Source: Chiloscyllium plagiosum
Taxonomy: Eukaryota
Reading direction: 5' to 3'
Assembly (NCBI RefSeq): GCF_004010195.1
Contig: NC_057750.1
Span: forward strand, 9,806,062 to 9,870,061
Length of the DNA: 64,000 nt
Of this stretch, positions 1 through 12,071 are shown one piece after another (within the stretch, counting starts at the first letter, position 1; each line of letters begins with the position of its first letter). The notes beneath the pieces are model-generated. The model searched no databases and was not told where the DNA came from. It worked only from the letters and a program-made list of their open reading frames with translations. Position numbers and translations under genes: made by a program.

Positions 1-33
1 ACCTGCTGCGCTTTTCCAGCAACACATTTTCAA

Positions 34-610
34 CACTGTCCCTTTAACAAGAGTGTGTAATAGGGACACTGTCCCTTTAACAAGAGTGTGTAATAGGGGC
101 ACTGTCCCTTTAACAAGAGTGTGTAACAGGGACACTGTCCCTTTAACAGGAGTCAGTGATGGAACACTGTCCCTTTAACAAGAGAGTGTAATAGGGACAC
201 TGTCCCTTTAACAAGACTATGTAACAGGGACACTGTCCCTTTAACAATCGTGTATAGCAGGGACACAATCCCTTTAACAGGAGTCAGTGATGGAACACTG
301 TCCCTTTAACAATCGTGTGTAACAGGGACACAGTCCCTTTAACAGGAGTCAGTGGTGGAACACTGCCCCTTTAACAATCGTGTGTAACAGGGACACAGTC
401 CCTTTAACAGGAGTCAGTGGTGGAACACTGTCCCTTTCACATGAGTGCGTAATAGGGAGACTGTCCCTTTAACAGAATCGATGATACTGACAATGACCCT
501 TTCACAGGCGGGGGGAAGCTGAGACTGTGACATTGTCCCTTCAACAAGGTTTTGTGGGATTGTCATTTCCCCTTTGACAGGAGTCTTGTGATAGCAAGAC
601 CTCCCCTTTA
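34..610. repeat. 33-bp minisatellite with palindromic core AGGGACA-C-TGTCCCT followed by TTAACA; degenerates toward its right end
   Basis: CACTGTCCCTTTAACA at 34, 67, 100 and onward (period 33). Confidence 0.9.
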
Positions 611-1231
611 ATGGGGTTTTGGCCGGGTGGGGAGAGGGCATTGTGAGTATATGCTTGAAGAGGAATAATTTGCAAGGCTGTGGTGAAAGGCAAGGGAGCA
701 GGGAACCAGCAGAATTGCTCAGATCCAGAACAATCCAGACGGGTCAAGTGGCCTCAGTCTGCGTTGTAACCAAGGGAAAACCAGGCTTGCTATTCAGAGA
801 ACAGCTTGTGTCTCTGTTGCTCTCTGTTTGTGGGCAAGCCATGAACCCCAACCTCTCTATCAGTAATAAGGTGCTGTGAGCTCCACAAACCTGTTCCCTG
901 AGTCAGCAATCATTTCCATCACCTTCAACATCACTGTCTCAGATTGACAAGTAATGATTACACACTGTCCAGTCCTTTAGCAGCTTCTTCATCTCATTTC
1001 AGAAGTGCGTGTTCAGTAATACAACACAGAACATTCCACAATTGATGAATTTATGTCCTAATCTGTACTTGTGATTGCCACAACGCAGTTATTATGTTTC
1101 TGTCTGACTTGTCTAATAGATGGGTTGGAAACATATCATTTAGTATTTGGAATTGTAAGAACGTATTGCAATATCTTCTGGGCAGCACACTTTTGGAAGA
1201 ATCTTTCAATGTTTGGGAACTGCGGGAAATG

Positions 1232-1840
1232 ACGAGCTGCTGCATCAGTGCCTGGTTTGGGAATTGCGCTCTTTCGGATTGTAAGACCCTCTAATGGATA
1301 GTGTGGACACCTCGAAGATCATCGAGGGTCTCTCTTCCCTCCATTTACACCACTGACCTGCTGTGCTTTTCCCAGCACCACTCCAATCTCGACTCTGGTT
1401 TCCAGCATCTGCAGTACTCACTTTTGCCTAGTTGATGTACACCACACGCTGCAGCCGAAAGGTTAACAGCATTGTGGAAGACCCCACACGCCCCTCACCC
1501 AAACTCTTCTCCCTCCTGCCATCTGGCAGAAGATACCGGGGCACTCGGTCTCTCACGGCCAGACAGTTTCTTCCCCCAAGCCATCAGGCTCCTTAACACT
1601 ATATGATCAGACTCTTCTCCACTTGAAATTCTTTGCACGACTTTGAATAGCTGCTAGAACAATGTCTATTAATTATCATTCTTTTGTTACACTGCAGCTT
1701 GCATGTTTTGCATTTCTTATGCACTTATGCCGTTTACGATTGCGTAGTTTGTGCTGTCCATGTAGCACCCTCGGTCCTGGAGGAACACTGTCTCGTTTTT
1801 ACTCGATCAGTTGTATATGATAGAAATGACAAATAAACAG
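1232..1840 (+). mobile_element. Rex1/Babar-like non-LTR retrotransposon 3' remnant, interrupted at ~1352-1430 by a Penelope-type short repeat
   Basis: Decayed translation CISAWFGNC..DCKTL / SIVEDPTRPSPKLFSLLPSGRRYR / SFFPQAIRLLNT, followed by a 3' UTR with AATAAA. Confidence 0.65.
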
Positions 1841-1842
1841 CT

Positions 1843-1848
1843 ACTCTT

Positions 1849-1880
<32 letters not shown>

Positions 1881-1892
1881 GCTCTTTCTCTC
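1843..1892. repeat. (CT)n microsatellite
   Basis: Direct reading. Confidence 0.9.
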
Positions 1893-1968
1893 CATAAAGT
1901 CATTGAGGAAGGGTTTTTCAACCAGTCAGATATGGGAACAGAAATAGACCAAACTGCACATTGAGCCG

Positions 1969-2076
1969 GTAATAAGGACACAGTCCCTTTAACAGTAGTC
2001 AGTGATAGGGATACAGTCCTTTTAACAGGAATGTGTAATAGGGTCACTGTCCCTTTAACAGGAGTGTGTAATAGGG
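1969..2076. repeat. Detached ~3-unit block of the same 33-bp minisatellite
   Basis: GGACACAGTCCCTTTAACA-type units. Confidence 0.85.
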
Positions 2077-2084
2077 TTATTGTG

Positions 2085-2665
2085 GGAGGTCATGTCACGG
2101 CTGGGCAGGGCATTGGTTAGGGCCGTTTTGGAATATTGCGTTCAATTCCTGGTCTCCCTGCTATAACAAGATGTTGCTAAACTTAAGAGTTAAAGTTAAG
2201 GGTTCAGAAAAGATTTACAGGGTTGGAGGGTTTGAGCTATTGGGAGAGGTTGAATAGGCTGGGGCTGTTTTCCCTGGAACATCGGAGGTTGAGGGGTGAT
2301 CTTATGGAGGTTTATAAAATCATGAGGGGCATGAACAGGGTGAATAGTCAAGGTCTTTTCCCAAGGGTAGGGGAGTGCAGAACTAGAGGGTATAGGTTTA
2401 GGGTGAGAGGGGAAAGGATATAATAGAGACCTAAGGGGCAACTTTTTCACGCAGAGGGTGGTACGTGTATGGAATGAGCTGCCAGAGGAAGTGGTGGAGG
2501 CTGGTATAATTACAACATTTAAAAGGCATCTGGATGCGTATATGAATAGGAAGGGTTTGGAGGGATATGGGCCAGGTGCTGGCAAATGGGACTAGATTGG
2601 GTTGGGATATCTGGTCAGCATGGACGGGTTGGACCGAAGGGTCTGTTTCTGTGCTATGATCCTAT
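2085..2665 (+). mobile_element. CR1-clade LINE 3' fragment
   Basis: [24 protein letters not shown], typical of the CR1 ORF2 C-terminus, plus shared 3' tail. Confidence 0.9.
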
Positions 2666-2874
2666 GAAACTGCTTCACCATTCGATGACATCGTAGTTTG
2701 GAAATAATGGTCTTGAACTCCACTTTGTTACCTTTTCCACGTAACCCCTCGGTTCCTCACTGATTAAAAATCTGTCCATCTCAGTCTTGAATATACTTAA
2801 CGACACAGCCTCAACAGCCCTCTGCTGTAAAGAATTCCACAGATCCTTCATCTGAGAGATGAAATTCCTCTTCA

Positions 2875-4130
2875 GGTGTTTCCCAGAACTTCGTGGGAAG
2901 CTAGGGAAAAGATTGCTCGGTCCCTTGATGAATTATTTGTATCATCGATAGTCATGAATAAAGTGCAAGAAGACTGGAGGTTGGCTAATGTGGCGAAAGT
3001 GGGGACTGCCGATGCTGGAGATCAGAGTTGAGAGTGTGGTGCTGGAAAAGCACAGCCAGTCAGGCAGCATCCGAGGAGCAGGAGAATCGACGTTTTGGGC
3101 AAAAGCCCTTCATCAGGAAATTGTGGCTAATGCGGTGCCACTATTAAGAAAGGTGAAAAGGAAAAGCCAGGGAACTATAGACCGGTGATCCTGACGTTGG
3201 TGGTGAGCAAGTTGTTGGAGGGAATCCTGAGGGATGGGTTCTATGTGCATTTGCAAAGGCAAGGACGCACTAGGGATAGTTACATGGCTTTGTGGGTGGG
3301 AAATCATGTCTCACGAACTTGATTCAGGTTTTTGAAGAGGTGACAAAGATGGTTGAAGATCAGATCAGTGAATGCCATCCAAATAGACTTCAGCAAAGCA
3401 TTCGACAAGGTTCCCCATGGTAGACTGGTTAGGAAAGTTACATCACATGGGAACTGGGGGAGTTAGCCAATTGGAGGAGGTAGCAGAGGGTTGTTTTTCA
3501 GACTGGAGGCCTGTGACCAGTGGAGTACTACAAAGATCGATGCCGGGTCCACTGCTTTTCATCATTTATATAAACAATTTGGATGTGAACATAGGAGATA
3601 TAGTTAGTAAGTTTGCAGATGACACCAAAATTGGAGGTGCAGTGGACAGCGAAGAGGGTTACCTCAGATTACAACAGGATCTTGATCAGATGGGCCAGTG
3701 GGCCGAGGAATAGCAGATGGAGTTTAATTCAGGTAAATGAAGAATAGGATAGTGAAGAAGACATTTGGTATGCCTTCCTTTACTAGTCAGAGCATCGAGT
3801 GCAGGAGTTGGGAGGTCATGCTGCTGCTGTATTGGACATTGGTTAGGCCACTGTTGGAATATTGCGTGCAATTCTGGTCTCCCTGTTATAGGAAGCATGT
3901 TGTGAAACTTGAAAGGATTCAGAAAAGATTTACAAGAATGTTGCCAGGGTTGGAGGCTGGTACAATTGCAGCATTTAAAAGGCATCTGGATGGGTACATG
4001 AATAGGATGGGGTTTGGAGGGATATGGGCCAAGTGCTGGCAAATGGGATTAGATTAGGTTAGGATATCTGGTCAGCATGGACGAGTTGGGCCGAATGGTC
4101 TGTTTCCGTGCTGTATATCTCTATGACTCT
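2875..4130 (+). mobile_element. CR1 LINE RT fragment with internal deletions
   Basis: PVTSGVLQRSMPGPLLF..SKFADDTK and [15 protein letters not shown] motifs. Confidence 0.9.
2994..3123 (-). mobile_element. Penelope-type short insertion (family A) with degenerate hammerhead; 12-bp TSD TGGCTAATG(T/C)GG
   Basis: Minus strand reads CTGATGAAGGGCTTTTGCCC-AAAACGTC; TSD at 2982-2993 and 3124-3135; lies inside CR1. Confidence 0.75.
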
Positions 4131-5084
4131 ACGAATTGAACATTCTGACTCAGAGGTACCACAGGAGCCCCTGAACAATCTTCCAAGATGTTCCTGTCGA
4201 TATTTTCGATCGACCTGTTCCGATCTTTTATGACACACCGATGGTGCAGCTGGGGCTTGAATCTGAGCCTCCGGGCTCAGAGGGAGGGACACTACATCAG
4301 CCCTCCGAAGTGGTCCTGACGTAAACTGGGGCTCCTCAAGCCTCGGAGCGGAAGGCCACGTCTCCCTGCCCCACAGAGACCTGAGGTAAATCTCACAGGC
4401 CAGGAACAACGGCTGGGAGAGGCAGTGATTACAATACACCCCTCAGGGTGCCCAGTTGTCAGGGGAATGGGTAAAACTCCCTCTGCGGCCCTCCTGGGTA
4501 GGGGTTCAGGACTCAGAGCTGGTGAGGAGTCATCGCACAGACCCTCGAGTGAGGAAGCAGCCCTGCATCGAATCCACTTCAGTCTGCGCGTTGGTAAATA
4601 GACCGCTGATCAAAGTTTGCACTGTCTAAGAAAGGTACTCTAACCTGTGCTGGTGTGCATGGGCAGACATATTAAACAGGGCCCCTCGCTTTGAAGTCTT
4701 AGAAGCACGACATCTGCTCCCTTATTCTCTGAGCTTTTCTTCTGGGCTCTGATCTGAAATTCAAGGCACCCGCTGAGTGGTGCTCGAGACTCAGGCACAG
4801 CGTTCGAAGCCTCGGTCATTTCCACATCACACAGCCGACAGCCTCTTCACAATCACCCTTGATGAGGAGCACCAGAAGTGGCCAGGGCAAGTGTGGGAGG
4901 GGGAGGGCGACTGAGGCCTTGCTCTGGCCTGAAAACATCAGATTGTCGCAGCGCAGCTAGAGGCCATTCGGCCTCTCTCATACTCCATCTCCTGCTTTCC
5001 TCCGATAGTCGTACAGCATGGAAACAGACCCTTCGGCCCAACTGGTCTGTGCTGACCAGACGTCCTCATCTGACCTTTTTCTCT

Positions 5085-5272
5085 TATTCATTCACGGGGC
5101 GAGGGCATCGCTGGCTAGGCCAGTATTTATTGCCCTGTCCCTAATGGCCCACAGGGCCAGTCTAAGAGTCAACCACCTCGCTGTGGGTCTGGAGTCACAG
5201 GTAGGCCAGAGCAAGTAAGGATGGGCGTGTCCTTCCCTAAAGGACATTAATGAACCAGATGGGCTTTTCAGA
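5085..5272 (-). mobile_element. Third SINE-like family (core GACTCCAGACCCACAGC..TGGTTGACTCTTA); family name not assigned
   Basis: Dispersed copies at ~6360-6770, 32830-33150, 35340-35690, 35990-36350, 48690-49000(+) and 60190-60660. Confidence 0.6.
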
Positions 5273-5274
5273 CG

Positions 5275-5618
5275 TGGTCCCACCTACCAGCACCCGGCCC
5301 ATATCCCTCCAAACCCTTCCTATTCATATACCCAGCCAGATGCCTTTTAAATATTGTAATTGTACCAGCCTCCACCACTTCATCTGGCAGCTCATTCCAT
5401 ACACGTACCACCCTCTGTGTGAAAAAGTTACCCCTCAGATCCCTTCTAATTTTTTTCGCCTCTCACCCTAAACCTCTAGTTCTGGACTCCCGTACTCTGG
5501 GGAAAAGACCTTGCCTATTTACCCTGTCCATGCCCCTCATGATTTTATAAACCTCTATAAGGTCACCCCTCAGCCTCCGACGCTCCAGGGAAAACAGCCC
5601 CGGCCTGTTCAGTCTCCC
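5275..5618 (-). mobile_element. CR1 LINE 3' fragment
   Basis: Reverse complement of the 2085-2665 type sequence. Confidence 0.85.
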
Positions 5619-6425
5619 CAGGACCTACTGCGGAAGCCGGAAATCATGGATAGGTGTGAACTCATTCATTTCATTGGGAAATGTACCTTCCCAGCAGCCC
5701 CCTGGTCCCTGGTTCTGGAAGGTTCCCTGGAATATGTTCGGGCCCCGGTAAACCGTAACTGAAACCATGGGAAACGATTCCGCAGATAAGGGGGTGACCC
5801 TGTACTCACTTGCTGTGCCCACTGTGATGGTGTTATGAGATCTTCGTGGAAGGTGAAAGCAGAATCTTATTGGAGGCAGACAAACTCCCAAAAAGTCCCC
5901 TTTCTCTTGTTGAGACAATTCTTGCAGCAGTGTATACCATCTACAAGACGCACAGCAGAAACTCACCAGAGATCCTCAGACAGCACCTTCCAAACCCACA
6001 ACCACCTCCCTCGAGATGGACAAGGGAACATGGGAACACCACCCCCTGCAAGTTCCCCTCCACTCCCCATCCCGTTCCTTCAGTGTCACCGGGTCAAATT
6101 CCTGGAAATCCCCCCCCTAAGGGCATTGTGGGTCTACCCATAGCGCATGGACTGCAGCGGTTCAAGAAGGCAGCTCACCCCCACCTTCTCAAGGGGGCAA
6201 CTAGGGACGGGGCAAGAAATGTTGGCCCAACCAGTGAGGCCCACATATCCCATGAATGAATTAAAAACAAACTGAAGTTGGCTAGCCTGCCACACTAAGC
6301 CCCAAAAGAACCCACACGCCTGGGCGATACAGATAGCAGCATATCCCCCATGAATTAGTCACTGGCTCCTTATTGTCCATCCCCAATTGCCCTTAAACCG
6401 AATGGCTTGCTCCACCATTTGAGAT

Positions 6426-6534
6426 ACGCAAAAGTGAGGACTGCAGATGCTGGAAACCAGAGTTTAGATCAGAGTGCTGCTGGAAAAGCACAGCAGGTCA
6501 GGCAGCATCCGAGGAGCAGGAAACGTCGATTTTC
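6426..6534. mobile_element. Collapsed Penelope-type fold-back insertion (family A); 14-bp TSD CCACCATTTGAGAT
   Basis: TSD at 6412-6425 and 6535-6548; hammerhead centre deleted, leaving GAAACGTCGA. Confidence 0.75.
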
Positions 6535-7124
6535 CCACCATTTGAGATGCCAGTGAACCAATGGGTCTGGAGTCACATGTGGGCCAGACCGGGTCGGGAT
6601 GGCAGATTTCCTTCCCTAAAGGGCATTAGCGAAACTGAAGGGCTTTTATGATAATCAACGATGGCATAATGACCAAAACGCGTTTTACATTCCAGATTTA
6701 TCAATAAGATATAAGTGGCACCAGCCACCATAGCAACCCCGGGCCTACTAGCTTGCTAGCAACATTACTGCTTCGCAAAGTGAACATCGAAAGCTGAGAA
6801 AGGCTGACGGACTGTAGAAGGAGTCTCGCTCAGCTCAGAATACACAATGCCAACAGGAGAAAACGGGGACTGCAGATGCTGGAGAGTCAGAGTCGGGAGT
6901 GTGGTGCTGGAAAAGCACAGCAGGCCAGGCAGCATCCGAGGAGCAGGACAGTCGATGTTTCGGGCATAAGCCCTTCATTAGGAATGTTTGAGGCTGAGGG
7001 GGCTGAGAGATAAATGGGGATTGTGGGGCTGTGGGGAAGGTAGCTGGGAAGGTGATAGGTGGTTATAGGAGGGGGACGGTTAATTGTGGACTAAAATTCT
7101 CCGTCAGTTCTAGATTTCTGTGAC

Positions 7125-7445
7125 GGCATGTTGGCTCAGTGGTTAGCTCTGCTGCCTCACAGCACCAAGGACTCGGGTTCAATTCCAGCCCCGGGCGACT
7201 GTGTGGAATTTGCATATTCTCCTTGTGTCTGTGTGGGTGCTCTGGTTTCCTCCTACAATCCAAAGGTGTGCAGGTTAGGGTGGATTGGCCAGGCTAAGTT
7301 GCCCGTAGCATCCAGGGATGTGTAGGTTAGGTGCATTAGTCAGGGGTAAATATAGAGGAATGGGTCTGGGTGGGTCACTCTTCAGAGGGTCGGTGTGGAC
7401 TTGTTGGGCCGAAGGGCCTGCTCCCACACTGTAGGGATGCTATGA
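7125..7445 (+). mobile_element. HE1-type V-SINE (tRNA-derived head, V domain, CR1-like tail)
   Basis: TGGCTCAGTGG A-box, GGTTCAATTCC B-box, TGTGTGGA.TTTGCA.ATTCTCC V domain. Further copies: 9196-9491(+), 10320-10606(-), 16350-16850(-), 22690-23005(-), 24580-24900(+), 25062-25337(+), 34038-34342(+), 37072-37455(+), 47378-47710(+), 49035-49312(-), 54090-54392(-), 57270-57515(-), 61850-62165(-). Confidence 0.85.
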
Positions 7446-8235
7446 TTTCGAAATGGAAGCAGAGCAGGGCTCTTGAGCCAGAGCTTGTCTGCTCCGTCCA
7501 TTTCTTTTCTTTTATTTGCCATTATCTTACTCCTTTTTTTCTTTCTAGTTGCCTCTCATCCTCAGACGGCATCAGTGATGGCGAACTGAGGGTCTAGGGC
7601 CAACCCGAGTTGAAGCTAGTCGAGATGGCGGACAGGTAGCAGATGGACTGTGTGGGCTCCCGAGCCCAGGAGAACATCAAGGTGACCACTGCATCGGGCG
7701 GAGGTGGGGGGCAAGGGTTTGTTCCAAACGCTGTGCAGACGGAGGGAGTCGAGTCTGACCTCCAAGAGGGTTGGAGACGGGTTTGGGCCCCGGGCCTGGT
7801 GTGGGACCTGGAGGCTTTGGCAGTGGCTGCATTGCCGAAATCGGCCCAACGCGGTGTCATGGCGGCAGCGCTGCCAGTCGAGACAAGATGGCGCCAAACA
7901 AGATGGCGCCAAAGGACAGCAAAGTCAATCGTTTCAGGCCGATTGCTTTGAGCTGGTGATGGTCTCAGTGTTGGTGGTGGAAGACCTCTGATCCAGGCCC
8001 ACGGGCTAAGCGAGGACTGCAAGGTCGAACCTTTAACCTCATTCCCTTATTTCTTCCCCTTCGTATGGGTAGTTCTCCCATAACGCCATCGTTCCATTCC
8101 AGCAAAAACCTCGCTTAACAGAAAATCGCTTCATAGAAATAATGGGGCCGTTGGGGAAAGCGAGGTTAGGGGCAAACCACCAAAAACTATCACTCACGAT
8201 CGCTCATAAATCACCGAAACGTCTAACGCTAAGTA

Positions 8236-8434
8236 CAGGTATCCCCCGCTACCCGAAAGTAGAGCGTTCCCAGGAAAACCGAAAATGGTGTGAAGCCAAG
8301 GTGTGTGATTTATTTGGGAAAAAGGTATCGCCGTTTCTCATAAACATGAAAATCCTCTTTGGATTCGTGGAAACAGGTACTGACGTAGCTCTGAAATTGC
8401 GTAAAGCGAACATTCAAAAAGTGGGGGATACCTG
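8236..8434. mobile_element. MITE with perfect 12-bp TIR CAGGTATCCCCC, nested in the previous element
   Basis: TA|CAGGTATCCCCC ... GGGGGATACCTG; right-hand TSD degenerate. Confidence 0.75.
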
Positions 8435-8447
8435 CCTAGCACAGCCT

Positions 8448-8814
8448 ATAAGACCATAAGACATAGGAGTGGAAGCAAGGCCATTCGGCCCATCGAGTCC
8501 ACTTCGCCATTCAATCATGGCTGATGGGCATTTCAACTCCACTTACCCGCACTCTCCCCATAGCCCTTAATTCCTTGCGAGATCAAGAATTTATCAATCT
8601 CTGCCTTGAACTCACCCAACGTCCCGGCCTCCACTGCACTCAGTGGCAATGAATTCCACAGGGCCACCACTCTCCGGCTGAAGAACTGTCTCCTCATTTC
8701 CGTTCTAAATTGACCCCCTCTAATGTTAAGGCTGTGACCACGGCTCCTAGTCTCCCCGCCTAACAGAAACAACCTCCCAGCATCCACCCTTTCTAAGCCA
8801 TGCATTATCTTATA
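8448..8814 (-). mobile_element. CR1 3' fragment nested in the DNA element; TSD AGCCT
   Basis: ORF 8533..8805 (FFSRRVVALWNSLP); AGCCT at 8443-8447 and 8815-8819. Confidence 0.85.
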
Positions 8815-9884
8815 AGCCTGAATGAAGGTTGATAGTGGTATTTATTAATGAAACAAAAGTAAATTTAACACAGTACATTTTTTAAAAAACATAAGAAAGC
8901 TGCTGTCTGTACAGTACCTCTCACAGAAAGCTGCTCTGCCATTAGCTGACATGGCGCATGCACAGTATGGCACAGTATGGCACGGTCAGGACAGCGGAAT
9001 TCGGCTCATGTACAAACAAAGCGTACAAGCCAATTCCCGCGGGAATCACGCTATTGCGAACAGAGGTACGCGTTCTTGAAAATACCGTTCCCGAGTTCTT
9101 CAGGGACGTAATAGCCAAACCACGCTGCCGAAAGGCGCGTTATCCTAGATCTACCTCTACCTACAATTTTGTACCTAGGTACCTTTGAACCTAAGCGTGG
9201 CACGGTGGCTCAGTGTTTAGCACTGCTGCCTCACAGCGCCGGGTTCGATTCCAGCCTTGGGTGACTGTCTGTGTGGAGTTTGCGCATTCTCCCCGTGTCT
9301 GCGTGGGTTTCCTCCGGGTGCTCCGGTTTCCTCCCACAATCCAAAAGGCCAGGTGAATTGGCCATGCTAAATTGCCCATAGTGTTAGTTGCGTTAGTCAG
9401 AGGGAAATAGGACTGGGTGGGTTACTCTTCAGAGCTTTGGTGTGGGCTTGTTGGGTCGAAGGGCCTGTTTCCGCACTGTAGGGAATCTAATCTAAGATGG
9501 CAACTCTGAACACTTTTCACTGTACTCCTGTCCTTGAGTATGCGTGACAATCAGACCTAATTCTCGAAAAAATATTCTGTTCTCTGAAACTTTAGGAGCA
9601 TGCTGGGTGATCTCGTCGAAAAGTAGAAAATTCTCCGATGTCTTGTAGATGGTAGAGATGTCACTGATCTCTGCCTGGAGAGACTAGACACTGAGCTTCA
9701 CCTCCTTATGAGAAGGGGCAGGCCTTTTAGGACGAAGATGTAGAGGAAGTTTGACACTGAGTATTGCTAATCTTTGCAATTCTCTACCCCACTGCTCGAA
9801 CACTGATCAGATCAAATGATCATTGGATACCGAGGGAGTCAAAGGTCATGAGGTTTAGGATGGAAAGGTGTGAACTCAAGCACT

Positions 9885-9978
9885 GTGGTAGTGTCCCTAC
9901 TTCTGAGCCAGGAGGCCTAGGCTGACATCCCACTAGAGGTGTACAATAACAAGTCTGAGTATTTGGTTAGAAAATACC
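9885..9978 (+). mobile_element. ~100-bp tRNA-head short repeat (GGTAGTGTCCCTAC.TCTGAGCCAGGAGG...GGTT(G)ATTAGAAAATA)
   Basis: Related copies at ~4200-4297(-), 13985-14086(+) and 54875-54975(+). Confidence 0.55.
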
Positions 9979-12071
9979 CCCTATATAATGGCTGTGCAGA
10001 AGACAAAGGATTAAATGGCCATACTCCTGTTGCTGTTACGGACAGAATAATGACAATAGATTCAGGTTGTATATTCCGCCAGGTTTAACGGAAAAGGTGT
10101 GCTTCTGAGGGCTTCAGTTTTGTAGGACAGAACCGTGCTGCAGTTCTTAGCCGCTTTTGCTCTCTCAGTTATTCCTGAATCAGACAAAGCCTCATGGACA
10201 CTCATCATTTCAACCTGACGGCCTGGTTGCTCCTATTGACTATTGGTGCCGTGCCCCATCTACTGTTCATAATGAGTACTGCAACATTGTTGGAAATGCA
10301 CATCAAATTTGCAGATCTAGATTAGATTACTTACAGTGTGGAAACAGGCCCTTCGGCCCAACAAGTCCACACCAACCCTCCGAAGAGCGACCCACCCAGA
10401 CCCATTCCCCTACGTTTACCCCTTCACCTAACACTATGGGCAATTTAGCATGGCCATTTTTGGACTGTGGGAGGAAACTGGAGCACCCGGAGGAAACCCA
10501 CGCAGACATGGGGAGAATGTGCGAACTCCACACATGCAGTTGCCTGAGGCAGGAATTGAACCCGGGTCTCTGGCACTGTGAGGCAGCAGTGCTGACCACT
10601 GTGTCACCTAGGGTGAGAGTTGTCAGTTTGTGAGAGTATGTGGATTCAGGATGAAATGTTATCAAGACCAAGTTGTCAGAACCACGGGCCAAAAGACCTC
10701 TTTTGTACCGTATGAACATACAAATTAGGAGTCTAATACTGGGGGGGGGGGGGGGGGGGGTGGCATGCAGTTGAGGTGAGGAGGGAACAGTTCAAAAGAG
10801 ACACGAGGGTTAAGTTTCTTTGCACAGAGAGTGGAGGAATGATAAGGGCATTTTAAGGGGTTTTTAGATAAGCATATGGAAATGTAAGGTTTGGGGGGAT
10901 ATGGACCAAGGGCAGACATAAGGGATTAACTTAATTTGGTGTCACGTTCAGTACAACATTGTGGGCCGAAGGGCCTGTTCCTGTGCTGTACTGTCCTACG
11001 TTCTAGGAGCAGGAGTAGGCCATTCGGCCCATCCACCATTCAATAAGTTTGTGGCTGATCTGATTCTAACCTCAACTCTGCATCCCTGCCTATCTCCAAA
11101 AAACTTTCACCTGCCCACTAATTAATAACCTAACCACCTCGGCCTTAAAAATATTCAAGCATTGTGTTCCATCGCCTTTTGCAAGAGAGGATTCCAACGA
11201 TTCAGCATCTTCTGCGGGAAAGGAAAATCTCCTTATCTCTATTTTCAAGGCAGGAATTTTAAAAGGAGGTCCTCAAGAGTAGTAATATCTGGATTACTCC
11301 CAGTGCTGCGAGCTTGTGAGGGTAGGAGTAGGAGGATAGAGCAGATGAATGCATGACTGAGGAGCAGGTGGATGGGAGAAGGATTCACATTTTTGGATCA
11401 CTGGAATCTCTTCTGGGTTGGAAGTGACCTGTATAAGAAGGACGGATTGCACCTGAATTGGAAGGGGTCGAATGCACTGGCAGGGAGATTTGCTAGAGCT
11501 GCTCGGGAGTAGTTAAACTAATAAGGTGGGGGGGAGTGAGACACAGGGAGATAGTGAGGAAAGAGATCAATCTGAGACTGGTACAGTTGAGTAAAGAAAC
11601 GAGTCAAATAGTCAGGGCAGGCAGGGACAAAGCAGGGAACAAGGCAGGACTGAAAAATTAAACTGTGTTCATTTCAATGCAAGAGGGCTAACAGGGAGGG
11701 CAGATGAACTCAGGGCATGGTTAGGAACATGGGACTGGGATATCACAGCAATTAAAGAAACATGGCTCAGAAATGGACAGGACTGGCAGCTTAATATTCC
11801 ATGAAACAAATGCTATCAGAAGGAAAGAAATGGGGGCCAGAGAGGAGGGAGAGTGATGTTTTTGATAAGGATAGCATTACTGCTGTACTTAAGGAGGATA
11901 TTCCTGGGAATACATCTAGGGAAGTTAGGGTGGAACTGAGAAACAAGAAAGGATGATCACCTTACTGGGATTGTATTGCAGACCCCCTAATAGTCAGCGG
12001 GAAATTGAGAAACCAATTTTTTTAAGGAGATGTCAGTTATCTGTAAGAATAATAGGGAGGTTATGGTAGGG

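Larger units (their letters stand above)
8066..9157. mobile_element. Non-autonomous Tc1/mariner (Tigger-like) DNA element with imperfect TIRs and TA TSD
   Basis: Left end TA|TGGGTAGTTCTCCCATAACGC; right end GCGTTATCCTAGATCTACCTC|TA. Confidence 0.7.

Noticed and set aside
34..610. CRISPR-like array (palindromic repeat plus variable spacer)
   Set aside because: Variable parts are only ~13 nt and recur; context is eukaryotic with no cas genes. It is a minisatellite.
5810..5940. Complete internal coding exon (cttgtag|ATGG...GCAA|gtgagt)
   Set aside because: The acceptor lies within the start of a LINE-derived repeat (~5924-6262) and the open frame resembles no known protein; only the donor is kept as a weak finding
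7594..8022. Cluster of overlapping ORFs on both strands
   Set aside because: Product of the GC-rich repeat; no protein family recognisable
9196..9260. tRNA genes
   Set aside because: The A and B boxes belong to SINE heads; no complete cloverleaf
10157..10719. Long ORFs (158 and 130 aa) and similar [14 protein letters not shown] peptides elsewhere
   Set aside because: Translations of HE1 SINE sequence
10741..10760. Poly-G runs (also ~19279-19299) as G-quadruplex elements
   Set aside because: Homopolymer expansions inside repeat remnants; length unreliable
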